Of a stretch of DNA of 64,000 nt, positions 54,500-63,932 are shown in pieces; the first letter of the stretch is position 1; each line of letters starts with the position of its first letter. The position numbers and the translations under genes are program-made. The stretch is from Candidatus Aenigmatarchaeota archaeon (lineage in GTDB: Archaea; EX4484-52), in NCBI GenBank assembly GCA_023137195.1, contig JAGLPV010000001.1, positions 42,242 through 106,241 of the forward strand. The letters run 5' to 3'. The notes under the pieces were generated by a model. The model did not search any database and was not told where the DNA came from. It saw only the letters and a program-made list of their open reading frames with translations.

Positions 54500-56393
54500 A
54501 ATCGTTATTTATTGATTCAATTATTTTTCTAGCTATTTCTTTCGGAATACAATTATCTGTATTAATTGAATAATCAGCAACATCATTATAAAAATATTGC
54601 CTTTCATCCAAAATCTGTTTTATTTTGTTAATTTTTTCTTCATTATTCAGTTTCAACAGCGGTCGGTCATTATCTTCTTTCAATCTCTCTGCAATTGTTT
54701 CCGGCTTTGCCTTCAGCAAGACAACGAGGTAGGATTTTAATAAATTCCTGTTTTTTTCGTCCAAAACAATACCGCCACCACAGGAGATAACCTGCCTGTT
54801 TTTACTCAATGTTTTTTTAAGCATGTTCTTTTCCAGTTTCCTGAAATGTGCTTCTCCATATTTTTCGAAAATTTCAGTTATGGATAATTTAGCTTCTCTT
54901 TCAATCTCTTTGTCCAGATCAATGAAAGTCCTGTTCATATTTTCCGCCAGTCTCTTTCCAACGCTTGTTTTTCCGGTTCCCATGAATCCCACTAAGGCGA
55001 TGTTGGGTAGAATCTTAGCCAGCACGGCATCCGTCATTGTCGGAATATTTGCATCCAGTCCAGTCCATATCTTAAATGACTGTGCTCCCTGGTATGCAAG
55101 CATTTTGTATCCCAAAATAACAGGACATCCTATAGATTCGGCATCTTTTGCCAGCCTGGTCTTAATTGGAGTGTAGACGATATCAAAAACAACCATTTCT
55201 TTTTTTAGGTATTCTTTCGGGACAATGGATTCGTTTGAATTCATTCCCACCGGAGTGCAGTTAATTAAGACATCTGCATTTTCCAGTTGAGTTTTTAAAT
55301 TCCTGTCATCGAGTTTAATGCATTTTCCTATTTTGCTTCCCTTTTCTTCGTTTCGTGCAAGAATAAGGACATCTGCCTTGTGTTTTTTGAGCGTAAAATA
55401 TATGCCTCTTGCCGCTCCGCCCGAGCCGAGAATAATGATTTTTTTTCCTTCTGTGTTTTTCATTTTTTCTTTTATTGCCAGCATGGCTCCGTAGCCGTCC
55501 GTATTGTATCCGATAAGTTTTCCGTCTTTGTTTAGAATGGTATTTACTGCGCCAATCTCTTCTGCCAAAGGGTCTATTTCATCCAGATATTTCATCACTT
55601 CTACTTTGTGAGGGATTGTGACATTGATGCCGGAAAGTCCTCTTGAAATAACTGTATTCATGTATCTTTCCAGATTAGTTACCTGAACGCCAACATATCC
55701 TGCGTTAATATTTAACGATTTAAAATTTGCATTATGCATAACAGGGCTTAAAGAATGCGCAATTGGGTTTCCGATTACGCAATATAATTTTTTCTTTTTT
55801 GCCTGCTCTAAACTGATTTGCCCGGGAGCAGTCTTGTTTTTGTCCACGCTGCAATAAGTCCATAATGCACCGTGAGCAAGACAGTCTAGTCTTGTTTGCA
55901 TTCCTGTTTTTCCCATGCCGAATGCGATTAAAGGAAAATCTGTTTTGCTGTAAAGAGATAAAAGGACTGTATTGTCGTATTGTGATTGTGGGGTTGCGAT
56001 TATTTTTGCGATGTCTGCTCCTTTTTGCTGAATGGTTTTTGAAATGTTTAATAATTCTTTTTCCGGAGGAGTATCTTCATAATTATGGTAAGATAATATG
56101 ACTTTAATTTCTTTTTTTTTGGCGAAAGCCAGCACTTGTGTGTTGATTTCGTTAATATCCATGTCTATATACTTCACACCGTGGTTTATCGCATCAATTA
56201 GAATTTTTTGGTCTCCTTTCCTGTTCGTTGCAATGATGGGCAAAGGACATGAAGAAATTATTTTCTTCAATCCCTCTTTTTTGATAAGATAATCAATTCT
56301 TAATTCGATTAGATTAGCACCGTCTGCTTGTGCTTTTTTTATTGTGCTTATGCACTTTTGAATAGTCTTTCCTGCAATACATCCACAAAACAT
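54486..56393 (-). CDS. Trifunctional type I 3-dehydroquinate dehydratase (AroD) - shikimate dehydrogenase (AroE) - P-loop shikimate kinase (AroK) fusion
   Basis: aa 1-~200 are AroD-like (IELRIDYL, SYHNYEDTP, AKIIATP). aa ~203-460 are AroE (GNPIAHSLSPVMHN, NVTIPHK, GYNTDG, GSGGAARG). aa ~465-635 are AroK (Walker A GFMGTGKT, with GTGKT at 54966-54980, then DLD). It overlaps the AroA-AroC gene by 14 nt. Confidence 0.88.
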   Translation of the reverse strand: MFCGCIAGKTIQKCISTIKKAQADGANLIELRIDYLIKKEGLKKIISSCPLPIIATNRKGDQKILIDAINHGVKYIDMDINEINTQVLAFAKKKEIKVILSYHNYEDTPPEKELLNISKTIQQKGADIAKIIATPQSQYDNTVLLSLYSKTDFPLIAFGMGKTGMQTRLDCLAHGALWTYCSVDKNKTAPGQISLEQAKKKKLYCVIGNPIAHSLSPVMHNANFKSLNINAGYVGVQVTNLERYMNTVISRGLSGINVTIPHKVEVMKYLDEIDPLAEEIGAVNTILNKDGKLIGYNTDGYGAMLAIKEKMKNTEGKKIIILGSGGAARGIYFTLKKHKADVLILARNEEKGSKIGKCIKLDDRNLKTQLENADVLINCTPVGMNSNESIVPKEYLKKEMVVFDIVYTPIKTRLAKDAESIGCPVILGYKMLAYQGAQSFKIWTGLDANIPTMTDAVLAKILPNIALVGFMGTGKTSVGKRLAENMNRTFIDLDKEIEREAKLSITEIFEKYGEAHFRKLEKNMLKKTLSKNRQVISCGGGIVLDEKNRNLLKSYLVVLLKAKPETIAERLKEDNDRPLLKLNNEEKINKIKQILDERQYFYNDVADYSINTDNCIPKEIARKIIESINNDYVTN

Positions 56394-56404
56394 ATTTGAT
56401 TATT

Positions 56405-56965
56405 TTATTTGATGTTAATAGAGCCAATAATATTATTTAAATCCTGGGTAAAATTCGCATTAGGAGTATTGATGTAATAATATAGAAGAATTAATATAAG
56501 GATTATAATGAAAAACGAAATTCCTCCTCTATTATTCTTGTTTTTTGGTTCTTGTTTAGGAATATTGTTATTTATCGAAGAATCATTACTTTCTGTTTTT
56601 GGATTGATGGATTCTGTGTTTTTTAATAAAACCGTTTCGTTGGATGAAATAGGGTTGGAGTTTAATTGGACTAGGATTTCATCAATTGTTGTTCCCGGAG
56701 AGAAAGTGATATTTTTCCCGTATGTCAAATTATCGGCAAAACGCAAAGCAATTCCAGTCACCAAATAGTTTAAATCAGGCAGGTTTTTATTTATGTATCT
56801 TACTAGTCCTACTCCTGGATTGGATTGTACGGGAGAATAAGGGATTTTTGTTATTTTACCTCCTTTTTCTACTTTTATTAAAAACTGCACATCTGCTATG
56901 TGCTCGGGCAATATGTCTTTTTCATTTCCTTTTTTTGCTACAATAATAGTATATTTTTCTGTCAT
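56405..56965 (-). CDS. Hypothetical protein with a C-terminal TM anchor
   Basis: 186 aa with a soluble N-terminal domain, an Asn/Ser-rich linker and a TM segment (ISFFIIILILILLYYYI). No motif recognised. Confidence 0.5.
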   Translation of the reverse strand: MTEKYTIIVAKKGNEKDILPEHIADVQFLIKVEKGGKITKIPYSPVQSNPGVGLVRYINKNLPDLNYLVTGIALRFADNLTYGKNITFSPGTTIDEILVQLNSNPISSNETVLLKNTESINPKTESNDSSINNNIPKQEPKNKNNRGGISFFIIILILILLYYYINTPNANFTQDLNNIIGSINIK

Positions 56966-57043
56966 AATTATCTCTATCTGAAAACTATTTATACATTCCT
57001 TTTAATCAATAAGTATAAATAATTATTTCGCTCTTTTTATACT

Positions 57044-57787
57044 ATGTCGTTTGGAGAACTTTTTAGAGATGGACTGGGAGAAGACTTTAAATACAACACA
57101 TATAATTTTATATTCAGAGATATTCTGCGGTTTGATACAAACAATGTGGATTTGGGCGGAACATTATCCAGTGGGGAAATTAATGATTTTACTGGTAGTT
57201 TTGGAGGAAATGCAATTCACGGGACTACGGGAAATATGGATTCGTGGCTTTATGGACTGTTTTTTAGGAATGATGTTCCTATATTGACCGGTTCTTTACA
57301 GCATGATTTTGTGTTTGGTCTTTTTGTTCCAACCGTTTTCATGTTATTGTTTATCTCGTTTATGGTAACGGATATTTTCAAAACCGGTCCAAAATTAACT
57401 AAGTTGACTTACATGACGTGTTTTGTTGCGGCGATTGTTGGTGGATTCTATCCAATAATTGCAGGTATTGCTTTTTCATTTTTTGGTAAACTTGTTGGTG
57501 GTTTTTTTATATTCCTGTGGATAAAGAATATATACGCCCGGGTCATGGCACCGTACTGGGGGGCTATGAAGACAAGAGAAGAAGTTGGGCTTACTAAGGC
57601 AAATAAATGGAATACATGGATGTCTGTTCTTTATGGAAAGGAAAGTCTTCTTGGAGGTCCGGCAGAGACTCTAAAAGATGTTGCTATTGCGGCTGAAGTA
57701 ATTGATGCTTCCAAGGATAAAATAGATGAAAGAGGCGAAAAAAAGCAGAAGAGAAAAGGAGTGTACATTTATGATTCTAATGAGTAA
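57044..57787 (+). CDS. Polytopic membrane protein, unknown function
   Basis: 247 aa with a soluble N-terminal ~85 aa, three or four TM segments and a charged tail. Confidence 0.55.
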   Translation: MSFGELFRDGLGEDFKYNTYNFIFRDILRFDTNNVDLGGTLSSGEINDFTGSFGGNAIHGTTGNMDSWLYGLFFRNDVPILTGSLQHDFVFGLFVPTVFMLLFISFMVTDIFKTGPKLTKLTYMTCFVAAIVGGFYPIIAGIAFSFFGKLVGGFFIFLWIKNIYARVMAPYWGAMKTREEVGLTKANKWNTWMSVLYGKESLLGGPAETLKDVAIAAEVIDASKDKIDERGEKKQKRKGVYIYDSNE

Positions 57788-57789
57788 AT

Positions 57790-58194
57790 ATGGCGCATGA
57801 AAAAAAAGAAAATGAAATCACGAATGAGATTATAAAACGGCAGAACGATAATATACGCAGAATTCGTGTGCTTGAAGAGACGCTTAGGAACATTGATGTA
57901 AGGATAAACAGCATTGAGCAGAGATACTTAACTGAGACGAAAAAAATATATGGAAAACTCCAGGAAATGGAAGGTCAGTTAAAGGATAATAGTATAGCGC
58001 AAAAGACCCTTGAATTCCAGCAGGATTCATTTAAGAAGAGCGCAAAAAAATATGCGACACAGAATGATTTAAGCCAGATAAAAAATTATATTGAACTGAT
58101 AAATCCAATGATTTCAAAATATGTAACAAAAAAAGAACTGCAATATTACCTAAAAAAAGAAAAGACCGAAGAACAAGAAGATTTTGAGGAATAA
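57790..58194 (+). CDS. Coiled-coil protein, unknown function
   Basis: 134 aa, heptad-rich (IRRIRVLEETLRNIDVRINSIEQRY...). It starts 2 nt after the previous stop. Confidence 0.5.
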   Translation: MAHEKKENEITNEIIKRQNDNIRRIRVLEETLRNIDVRINSIEQRYLTETKKIYGKLQEMEGQLKDNSIAQKTLEFQQDSFKKSAKKYATQNDLSQIKNYIELINPMISKYVTKKELQYYLKKEKTEEQEDFEE

Positions 58195-58305
58195 CTGCGA
58201 CAAAAATATAAAATTAATTTACCATTAAAAAGTAATATAGCAAAACACATAAATAATACAAAGATATAATATCTGTATTTAGATAGCATTTATGTATTTT
58301 GCTAG

Positions 58306-58348
58306 TATATCGCGCCACATACTTGCATTACTTTTGTGCCGTGATATA
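58306..58348. repeat. Imperfect palindrome upstream of the RPA gene, related to 45827-45850
   Basis: The left arm tatatcgcgccaca (58306-58319) and the right arm tgtgccgtgatata (58335-58348) are inverted repeats. The right part, 58325-58348, is 23/24 identical to the reverse complement of 45827-45850. Confidence 0.7.
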
Positions 58349-58365
58349 ATTAATTTAAAGAGGGG

Positions 58366-59352
58366 ATGAATATGACTGGTGAAAAAGATAAAATTTTAGA
58401 AGAGATTGGGAAGAAAAGTTCCCTGAGCAGGGAAGAGTTGGAAAAAAAGATTATAGCGAAGCAGGAGGAATTAGACAATATAGTTTCTTTTGAGGGTGCG
58501 GCTTATTTAATCGCGGATGAGTTGAATGTTTCTGTTGTGAAAAAACAAGATAATTTCGTGAAAATAAAGGATATAAAAAAAATAATGCCTGATTTTAATA
58601 TCTGGGGGAAAATTATACAAATGTTTGATGTCAATGAGTTTGAAAACGAGAGAGGTTCCGGCAAGGTTCAGAATGTTATTGTTGCAGATGAGTCCGGGTC
58701 TATTGGATTATCTTTGTGGAATGAAGTTGTAGATTTAAATTCCGGTCTGAAAATCGGAGATGTTGTTAAAGTAGAGAATTCCCGCGTCAGGGAGAATAAT
58801 TTTGGAAATCTGGAACTGAGATGCTTTAACAAGGAGAATGTATGTGTGGATAATGAAAAAAAGATAGATGTTGCTGTTTCTGGTACTATGCAAGCCAGTC
58901 AGCCAGTGCAGTCAAACAGTATTGAAGGAGATTATTATCTGATTTCACTGAGGAAAAAACCGATTGTCTATTATTTGTGCCCACAGTGTAGGAAAAAGAT
59001 TACTGATGGCGTCTGCCAGACGCATGGAAAAGTAGAAGGTAATTTGTTTATGGTTATGAGCGGGATAATCGACAACGGAGTGGACCGGGTTGATGCTGTT
59101 TTTTTCAATACAATCGTATCTGATCTTTTAGGTATAGAGGATGTAGAAAAAATCAGGCAAATAGAAAAACTTCCTAATTATCTTAACTTGTCCTGTATGG
59201 GTAATTTTTATCATATAAGCGGGACGGTTAAGGAAAATAGTTTTACGAAAGAGGATGAGATAACAGTGCGGAAAATCGAACTGGTTGATATTGCAGGGAA
59301 AACAAAAGAACTGGAAGAGAAATTTAGTGAAATTAAAAGTGCCGGAGAGTGA
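58366..59352 (+). CDS. rpa: Replication protein A-like ssDNA-binding protein (OB folds plus zinc finger)
   Basis: OB-fold segment IWGKIIQMFDVNEFENERGSGKVQNVIVADESGSIGLSLWNE...VKVENSRV and zinc ribbon CPQCRKKITDGVCQTHG. An SD-like GAGGGGA fits the alternative ATG at 58372 better. Confidence 0.85.
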   Translation: MNMTGEKDKILEEIGKKSSLSREELEKKIIAKQEELDNIVSFEGAAYLIADELNVSVVKKQDNFVKIKDIKKIMPDFNIWGKIIQMFDVNEFENERGSGKVQNVIVADESGSIGLSLWNEVVDLNSGLKIGDVVKVENSRVRENNFGNLELRCFNKENVCVDNEKKIDVAVSGTMQASQPVQSNSIEGDYYLISLRKKPIVYYLCPQCRKKITDGVCQTHGKVEGNLFMVMSGIIDNGVDRVDAVFFNTIVSDLLGIEDVEKIRQIEKLPNYLNLSCMGNFYHISGTVKENSFTKEDEITVRKIELVDIAGKTKELEEKFSEIKSAGE

Positions 59353-59397
59353 GTGTCAACCAGGTGCAAGAGCATAAAAACAAACAAATTCAAAAAT

Positions 59398-60366
59398 ATG
59401 GTTAATCAAGAAGAAGAAAATAATCAAATCATTATTTATAATACTGTGGATGGACGGACAAAAATTGAGGTCAAAGTAGAGAAGGATACGGTTTGGCTTT
59501 CTCAAAAACAAATGGCGGAGCTTTTTGATAAAGATGTTAGGACTGTTAATGAACATATAAAAAATGTGTTCTTTGAGGGAGAATTAGCGGAAAATTCAGT
59601 TATCCGGAAATTCCGGACAACTGCTTCTGATGGTAAAATGTATGATACTAATTTCTATAATCTGGATGTTATTATCTCTGTTGGTTATAGGGTGAAATCG
59701 CTTCGCGGTACGCAATTTAGAATATGGGCGACGCAAAAATTAAGGGATTATATTATCAAGGGTTTTGCTATGGATGACGAACGATTGGCGGAAGGTCGGG
59801 TTGCAAAGACATATTTTGAAGAATGGGAGGGACGAATCCGGACAATCAGAACCTCTGAAGCAAATTTTTATCAAAAGGTCAGGGATGTTTTTGCGACCAG
59901 TGCAGATTATAATCCTCAAACCAATTACGCCAAGCAATTTTTTGCAATAGTGCAGAATAAATTCCATTTTGCTATTACTGGCTTGACTGCGGCTGAAATC
60001 GTCAACAATAGAGTGGATGGCCGGAAAGAAAATTTAGGACTCACAAATTGGAAGGGAGATATTATCACTCGTAAACAAGTTCAAATCGCCAAAAATTATT
60101 TGGAAGAGCTGGAACTAAAAAGATTAAATTTATTGGTGGAGCAGTTTTTATCTTTTGCTGAATTACAGAGTGTGGAGCAGAGAGTAATGCATATGAAAGA
60201 TTGGATTAGAAAATTGGATGGCTTTTTGATTTTAAATGACAAAGAAATTCTCCAAAACACAGGAAATGTTTCTCATTCAAAAATGGAAAAGAAAGTTAGA
60301 GAGCAATTGAAAAAATACAATGAACAAAAACTTTTATCAGAAAGAATTAAAAAAAGTAAAGATTAG
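59398..60366 (+). CDS. RhuM-family protein
   Basis: IIIYNTVDGRTKIEVKVEKDTVWLSQKQMAELFDKDVRTVNEHIKNVF.EGEL......IRKFRTTASDGKMYDTNFYNLDVIISVGYRVKSLRGTQFRIWAT matches the RhuM pattern. The start is trimmed from the GTG at 59353 to the ATG at 59398. Confidence 0.85.
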   Translation: MVNQEEENNQIIIYNTVDGRTKIEVKVEKDTVWLSQKQMAELFDKDVRTVNEHIKNVFFEGELAENSVIRKFRTTASDGKMYDTNFYNLDVIISVGYRVKSLRGTQFRIWATQKLRDYIIKGFAMDDERLAEGRVAKTYFEEWEGRIRTIRTSEANFYQKVRDVFATSADYNPQTNYAKQFFAIVQNKFHFAITGLTAAEIVNNRVDGRKENLGLTNWKGDIITRKQVQIAKNYLEELELKRLNLLVEQFLSFAELQSVEQRVMHMKDWIRKLDGFLILNDKEILQNTGNVSHSKMEKKVREQLKKYNEQKLLSERIKKSKD

Positions 60367-60374
60367 ATATAAAT

Positions 60375-61382
60375 ATGAAATCAATAAAAATCGCAACATT
60401 CGGCAGTCATACAGCACTCCAAATTTTAAAAGGGGCAAAAGATGAAGGATTCAAGACAATAGCGATTTGTGAAAAGGGGAGGACAGCGCCTTACAAAATG
60501 TTTAATGTTGCGGATGAGATTATTGAAATTCCTTCTTTTGGAGATTATGAAAAATACGAACATCTGTTAATAGAAAAAAATGCAGTCTTTATTCCTCATG
60601 GGAGTTTTGTAAGCTATTATAGTCTGGATAAAATAAAGAAAAGCAAGGTTATGTATTATGGATGTAAGAACATATTGAAATGGGAATCTGACAGAAATCT
60701 CGAGAGGCAATGGCTCCAAAAAGCAGGACTGAAACTGCCAATGGTTTTTGAATCATCTGAGGATATAGACAGACCGGTAATTGTAAAAGAACACGGTGCT
60801 AAAGGCGGAAGTGGTTATTTTCTCGCGCAAGACAAAAAAGATTTTGAAGAAAAAATAAAAACAAAAAAAATAGGGAAATACCAGATTCAGGAATTTGTTG
60901 TAGGAGCACCTGTTTACATCCATTATTTTTATTCTCCTTTGGACGGCAAGCTGGAGATTATGAGCATGGATAAAAGATATGAGTCAAATGCAGATTCTCT
61001 TGGAAGAATAAATACAAATGATCAGGTGGCTCTTAATATAAATACAAGTTATACTGTTGTCGGGAATTTTCCGATTGTTGTTCGGGAATCTCTGCTTCAT
61101 GAACTTATCGAGATGGGTGAAAATGTTGTCAAGGCTTCAAGGAAAATAGAAGAACCTAAGGGGACATGGGGTCCATTTTGTCTCGAGACGATTTTGACAG
61201 ACAAACTGGAATTTTATGTATTTGAGATATCTGCGAGGATTGTTGCGGGGACAAACCCGTTCATTGATGGCTCTCCTTATAGTTATTTGAATTATGATGT
61301 GCCTATGAGTACAGGCAGGAGAATCGCACGGGAGATAAAAAATGCAGTTAATTCAAACAGGCTAAATGAGATTGTTGAATAA
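60375..61382 (+). CDS. purP: 5-formaminoimidazole-4-carboxamide ribonucleotide (FAICAR) synthetase PurP
   Basis: IATFGSHTALQILKGAKDEGFKTIAIC, an ATP-grasp core, and the C-terminus MSTGRRIAREIK. This is the archaeal PurP layout. Confidence 0.9.
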   Translation: MKSIKIATFGSHTALQILKGAKDEGFKTIAICEKGRTAPYKMFNVADEIIEIPSFGDYEKYEHLLIEKNAVFIPHGSFVSYYSLDKIKKSKVMYYGCKNILKWESDRNLERQWLQKAGLKLPMVFESSEDIDRPVIVKEHGAKGGSGYFLAQDKKDFEEKIKTKKIGKYQIQEFVVGAPVYIHYFYSPLDGKLEIMSMDKRYESNADSLGRINTNDQVALNINTSYTVVGNFPIVVRESLLHELIEMGENVVKASRKIEEPKGTWGPFCLETILTDKLEFYVFEISARIVAGTNPFIDGSPYSYLNYDVPMSTGRRIAREIKNAVNSNRLNEIVE

Positions 61383-61433
61383 CCCCATTCCTTGTTTGCA
61401 AACACATATAAATTCTTTTATTGGTTTTATCTC

Positions 61434-62285
61434 ATGGGTTATCTTGAAGACATAATAAAAAAAGCATATTCTTCAATAAAAGAAAATCCTTATATTGTGC
61501 TTCCGGCAACGCTGATCTGGATTCCTTCTTCGTTACTGGGCATAATATTCTTTTTGGGAATAAAAAAAATAAGTGAAAATTATAATCTTTTGTCTATTAT
61601 TGAATCTTTTGAATCCGATCCAAAAATACTTTTTTACTCGTTAGAGAATATTGCGCATAATCATATTGTTTATTTTTTTGCTGTGATTATTGTAATTGTT
61701 CTTTTGCATTATTATATTATGGCGACATATACTCTTATTGCAAAAGCCCTGTATCGGGATGAACGGGTCTCTATTTCCAAAGCGCTTTGTGAATCCAAAA
61801 ATAGAATATTTGCGCTTGTAATGACAGATATATTGATGTTATTCCTGATTTTGGTGACGATAGCTGTAATGGGCATTGTGCTCTATATATCTATGCCATT
61901 AGGATTAATTGGAGTTGGATTAATGTTGATTATTGATATTGTTTTGTTTTTTATGGGTGTAATTTATCTGGGTCCTGTTTATGTTGTATTGGGCAGTATA
62001 GTTGTATTAAACAAAAAAAGCGGTTTTGGTGCAATAAAAGAAGCATACATGCTAATTAAAGGTAATATATTGGATTCGTGGCTTTTAGTCCTTGTTGTCA
62101 TTGTGATAAGTTCAATATATCTTTTTGTTGTCTCTTTAGTTGTGGGACTATTGTCTTTGTTGATTGGATCTTACTCATCTCTTCTCCAGGCAGTTCTTTC
62201 TATTTTCCTTCTTGTGTTCGGATGCATCTGCAACACATTGTTTTATTTTTACCTGAAAGAGAAGATTGACGAATCTGTATTTTAG
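61434..62285 (+). CDS. Polytopic membrane protein, unknown function
   Basis: About 6 TM segments. The start is trimmed from the TTG at 61392 to the ATG at 61434 (MGYLEDIIKK). Confidence 0.55.
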   Translation: MGYLEDIIKKAYSSIKENPYIVLPATLIWIPSSLLGIIFFLGIKKISENYNLLSIIESFESDPKILFYSLENIAHNHIVYFFAVIIVIVLLHYYIMATYTLIAKALYRDERVSISKALCESKNRIFALVMTDILMLFLILVTIAVMGIVLYISMPLGLIGVGLMLIIDIVLFFMGVIYLGPVYVVLGSIVVLNKKSGFGAIKEAYMLIKGNILDSWLLVLVVIVISSIYLFVVSLVVGLLSLLIGSYSSLLQAVLSIFLLVFGCICNTLFYFYLKEKIDESVF

Positions 62286-62698
62286 AGTTTATCGCATACT
62301 ATTTTTAGTTCCTCATTTGAGACAGAAGATTCTTTTGTTTTTGAATAGTCCAAAGATAACATGTAATCAGAGCAGTCATTTATTCTCTTAATGTAAAATT
62401 CTGACATCAAAAGACATATATCTTTGTCTTCTTCATTGTTCAATTCATTGCATGTATTTATGAGGTCTTTTTCATCAAAATCGCTTTCATCCTCTACTAT
62501 CATTTTTTCGCAAAAAGAGACACTTGTTGGCTGGGAAAGAAAATATGTTGAGTTTTCTTCTATGCACGCAACAGGTAGGATGAAGTTCATGTAAAGCGTG
62601 TCGGTTGTGCTTTTGGTGATAAAAACAGAATATGCATTTATCATCAAGCCAATTGCTGCCAATAATAGCAATATTTTTATGGTTTTTTTCTCGTCCAT
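62282..62698 (-). CDS. Small secreted/anchored Cys-containing protein, unknown function
   Basis: 138 aa with an N-terminal hydrophobic segment (ILLLLAAIGLMINAYSVFI) and six Cys in the acidic body. Confidence 0.5.
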   Translation of the reverse strand: MDEKKTIKILLLLAAIGLMINAYSVFITKSTTDTLYMNFILPVACIEENSTYFLSQPTSVSFCEKMIVEDESDFDEKDLINTCNELNNEEDKDICLLMSEFYIKRINDCSDYMLSLDYSKTKESSVSNEELKIVCDKL

Positions 62699-62786
62699 AG
62701 CATTAATATATAATTTATTATTAACAATTATATAAATCTGTTAATTTTTACAAACTATAAAAAAGTAATTGTTCCTATAATAAATT

Positions 62787-63932
62787 ATGATACAAAAAAA
62801 GGATATTGAAAAGATTTTAGATGGTTATGATACCAACAATATAACAATCGGCGTTCTTGGAAGCCACAGTGCCCTTGATGTGTGCCGAGGGGCAAAAGAT
62901 TTAGGGTTTAAGACACTTGTTATTTGTCAGAAGGGAAGAGATAAGACTTATTCGAAATACTACAAGACCTCGCAGAATTTTGGGAAGACAACAGGTGTTG
63001 TGGATGAGGTAATGATTCTGGACAAATTCAGTGATATTTTAAGCAAGGAAGTTACAAAGGAGATGAGAAAGAAGAATGTGATTTTTATCCCTCACCGCTC
63101 ATTTGAAGTCTATGTGAATTTTGACTATGAAAAAATAGAAAACGACTTTTTGATTCCATTGCTGGGGACAAGGAATATTTTGAAGGCAGAGGAAAGGACG
63201 GAGCCGAAAAATCAGTATTATCTGATGGAGAAGGCAGGTATCCGGTTTCCAAGGCAGTTTAAAAGTCATAAGGAGATTGACAGGCTGGTCATTGTGAAAG
63301 CAAATGAGCTGGAGAGAAGCTATGAGAGGGAGTTTTTCCTTGTTGAAAGCCCGGCTGAATTTGAGAGTAAGACAAAAGAAATGATTGAAAAAGGAATAGT
63401 TTCCAAAGAGTCTGTTGAAAATGCGGTTATTGAGGAATATATTGTCGGAGCACAGGTTAATTTCAATTATTTTTATTCACCACTTCGCGGCGAGGTTGAA
63501 CTGCTTGGGACAGATACAAGAAGGCAGACAAATCTGGATGGTATGTTGAGGATTACGGCAGATGAGCAGTTGAAGGTGCTAAAGTATGTAAAGCCGACAC
63601 TGAAGGAAATCGGGCATATTGCGTGCACAACAAAAGAATCTGTTTTGGAGATGATTTTTGATCTCGGGGAAAAGTTTGTGGCTGCTGCAAAGAAAGAATA
63701 TTCTCCTGGTATAATTGGTCCATTTGCGCTCCAGGGGGCGATTGTTCCGGGTCCTCCGAAGGAAGAGGCAGTTATCTTTGATGTTAGTTTAAGGGTTCAG
63801 GGGTCTCCAGGGACTAGGTTTACGCCTTATCCTGGTTATTTTTACAATGAAGAGATGAGTACAGGAAAACGCATTGCACTGGAGATAAAAGAGGCGGTAG
63901 AGAAGAAAAAGCTGATTGATATTGTTACTTAA
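62787..63932 (+). CDS. PurP paralog (ATP-grasp FAICAR synthetase family)
   Basis: ITIGVLGSHSALDVCRGAKDLGFKTLVICQKGR, VNFNYFYSPL, and MSTGKRIALEIKEAV. Collinear with the 60375 gene but 46 aa longer. Confidence 0.88.
   Translation: MIQKKDIEKILDGYDTNNITIGVLGSHSALDVCRGAKDLGFKTLVICQKGRDKTYSKYYKTSQNFGKTTGVVDEVMILDKFSDILSKEVTKEMRKKNVIFIPHRSFEVYVNFDYEKIENDFLIPLLGTRNILKAEERTEPKNQYYLMEKAGIRFPRQFKSHKEIDRLVIVKANELERSYEREFFLVESPAEFESKTKEMIEKGIVSKESVENAVIEEYIVGAQVNFNYFYSPLRGEVELLGTDTRRQTNLDGMLRITADEQLKVLKYVKPTLKEIGHIACTTKESVLEMIFDLGEKFVAAAKKEYSPGIIGPFALQGAIVPGPPKEEAVIFDVSLRVQGSPGTRFTPYPGYFYNEEMSTGKRIALEIKEAVEKKKLIDIVT

Noticed and set aside
53928-54515. 195-aa plus-strand ORF antisense to the aroA domain
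   Set aside because: Shadow ORF. The AroA motifs on the minus strand are clear.
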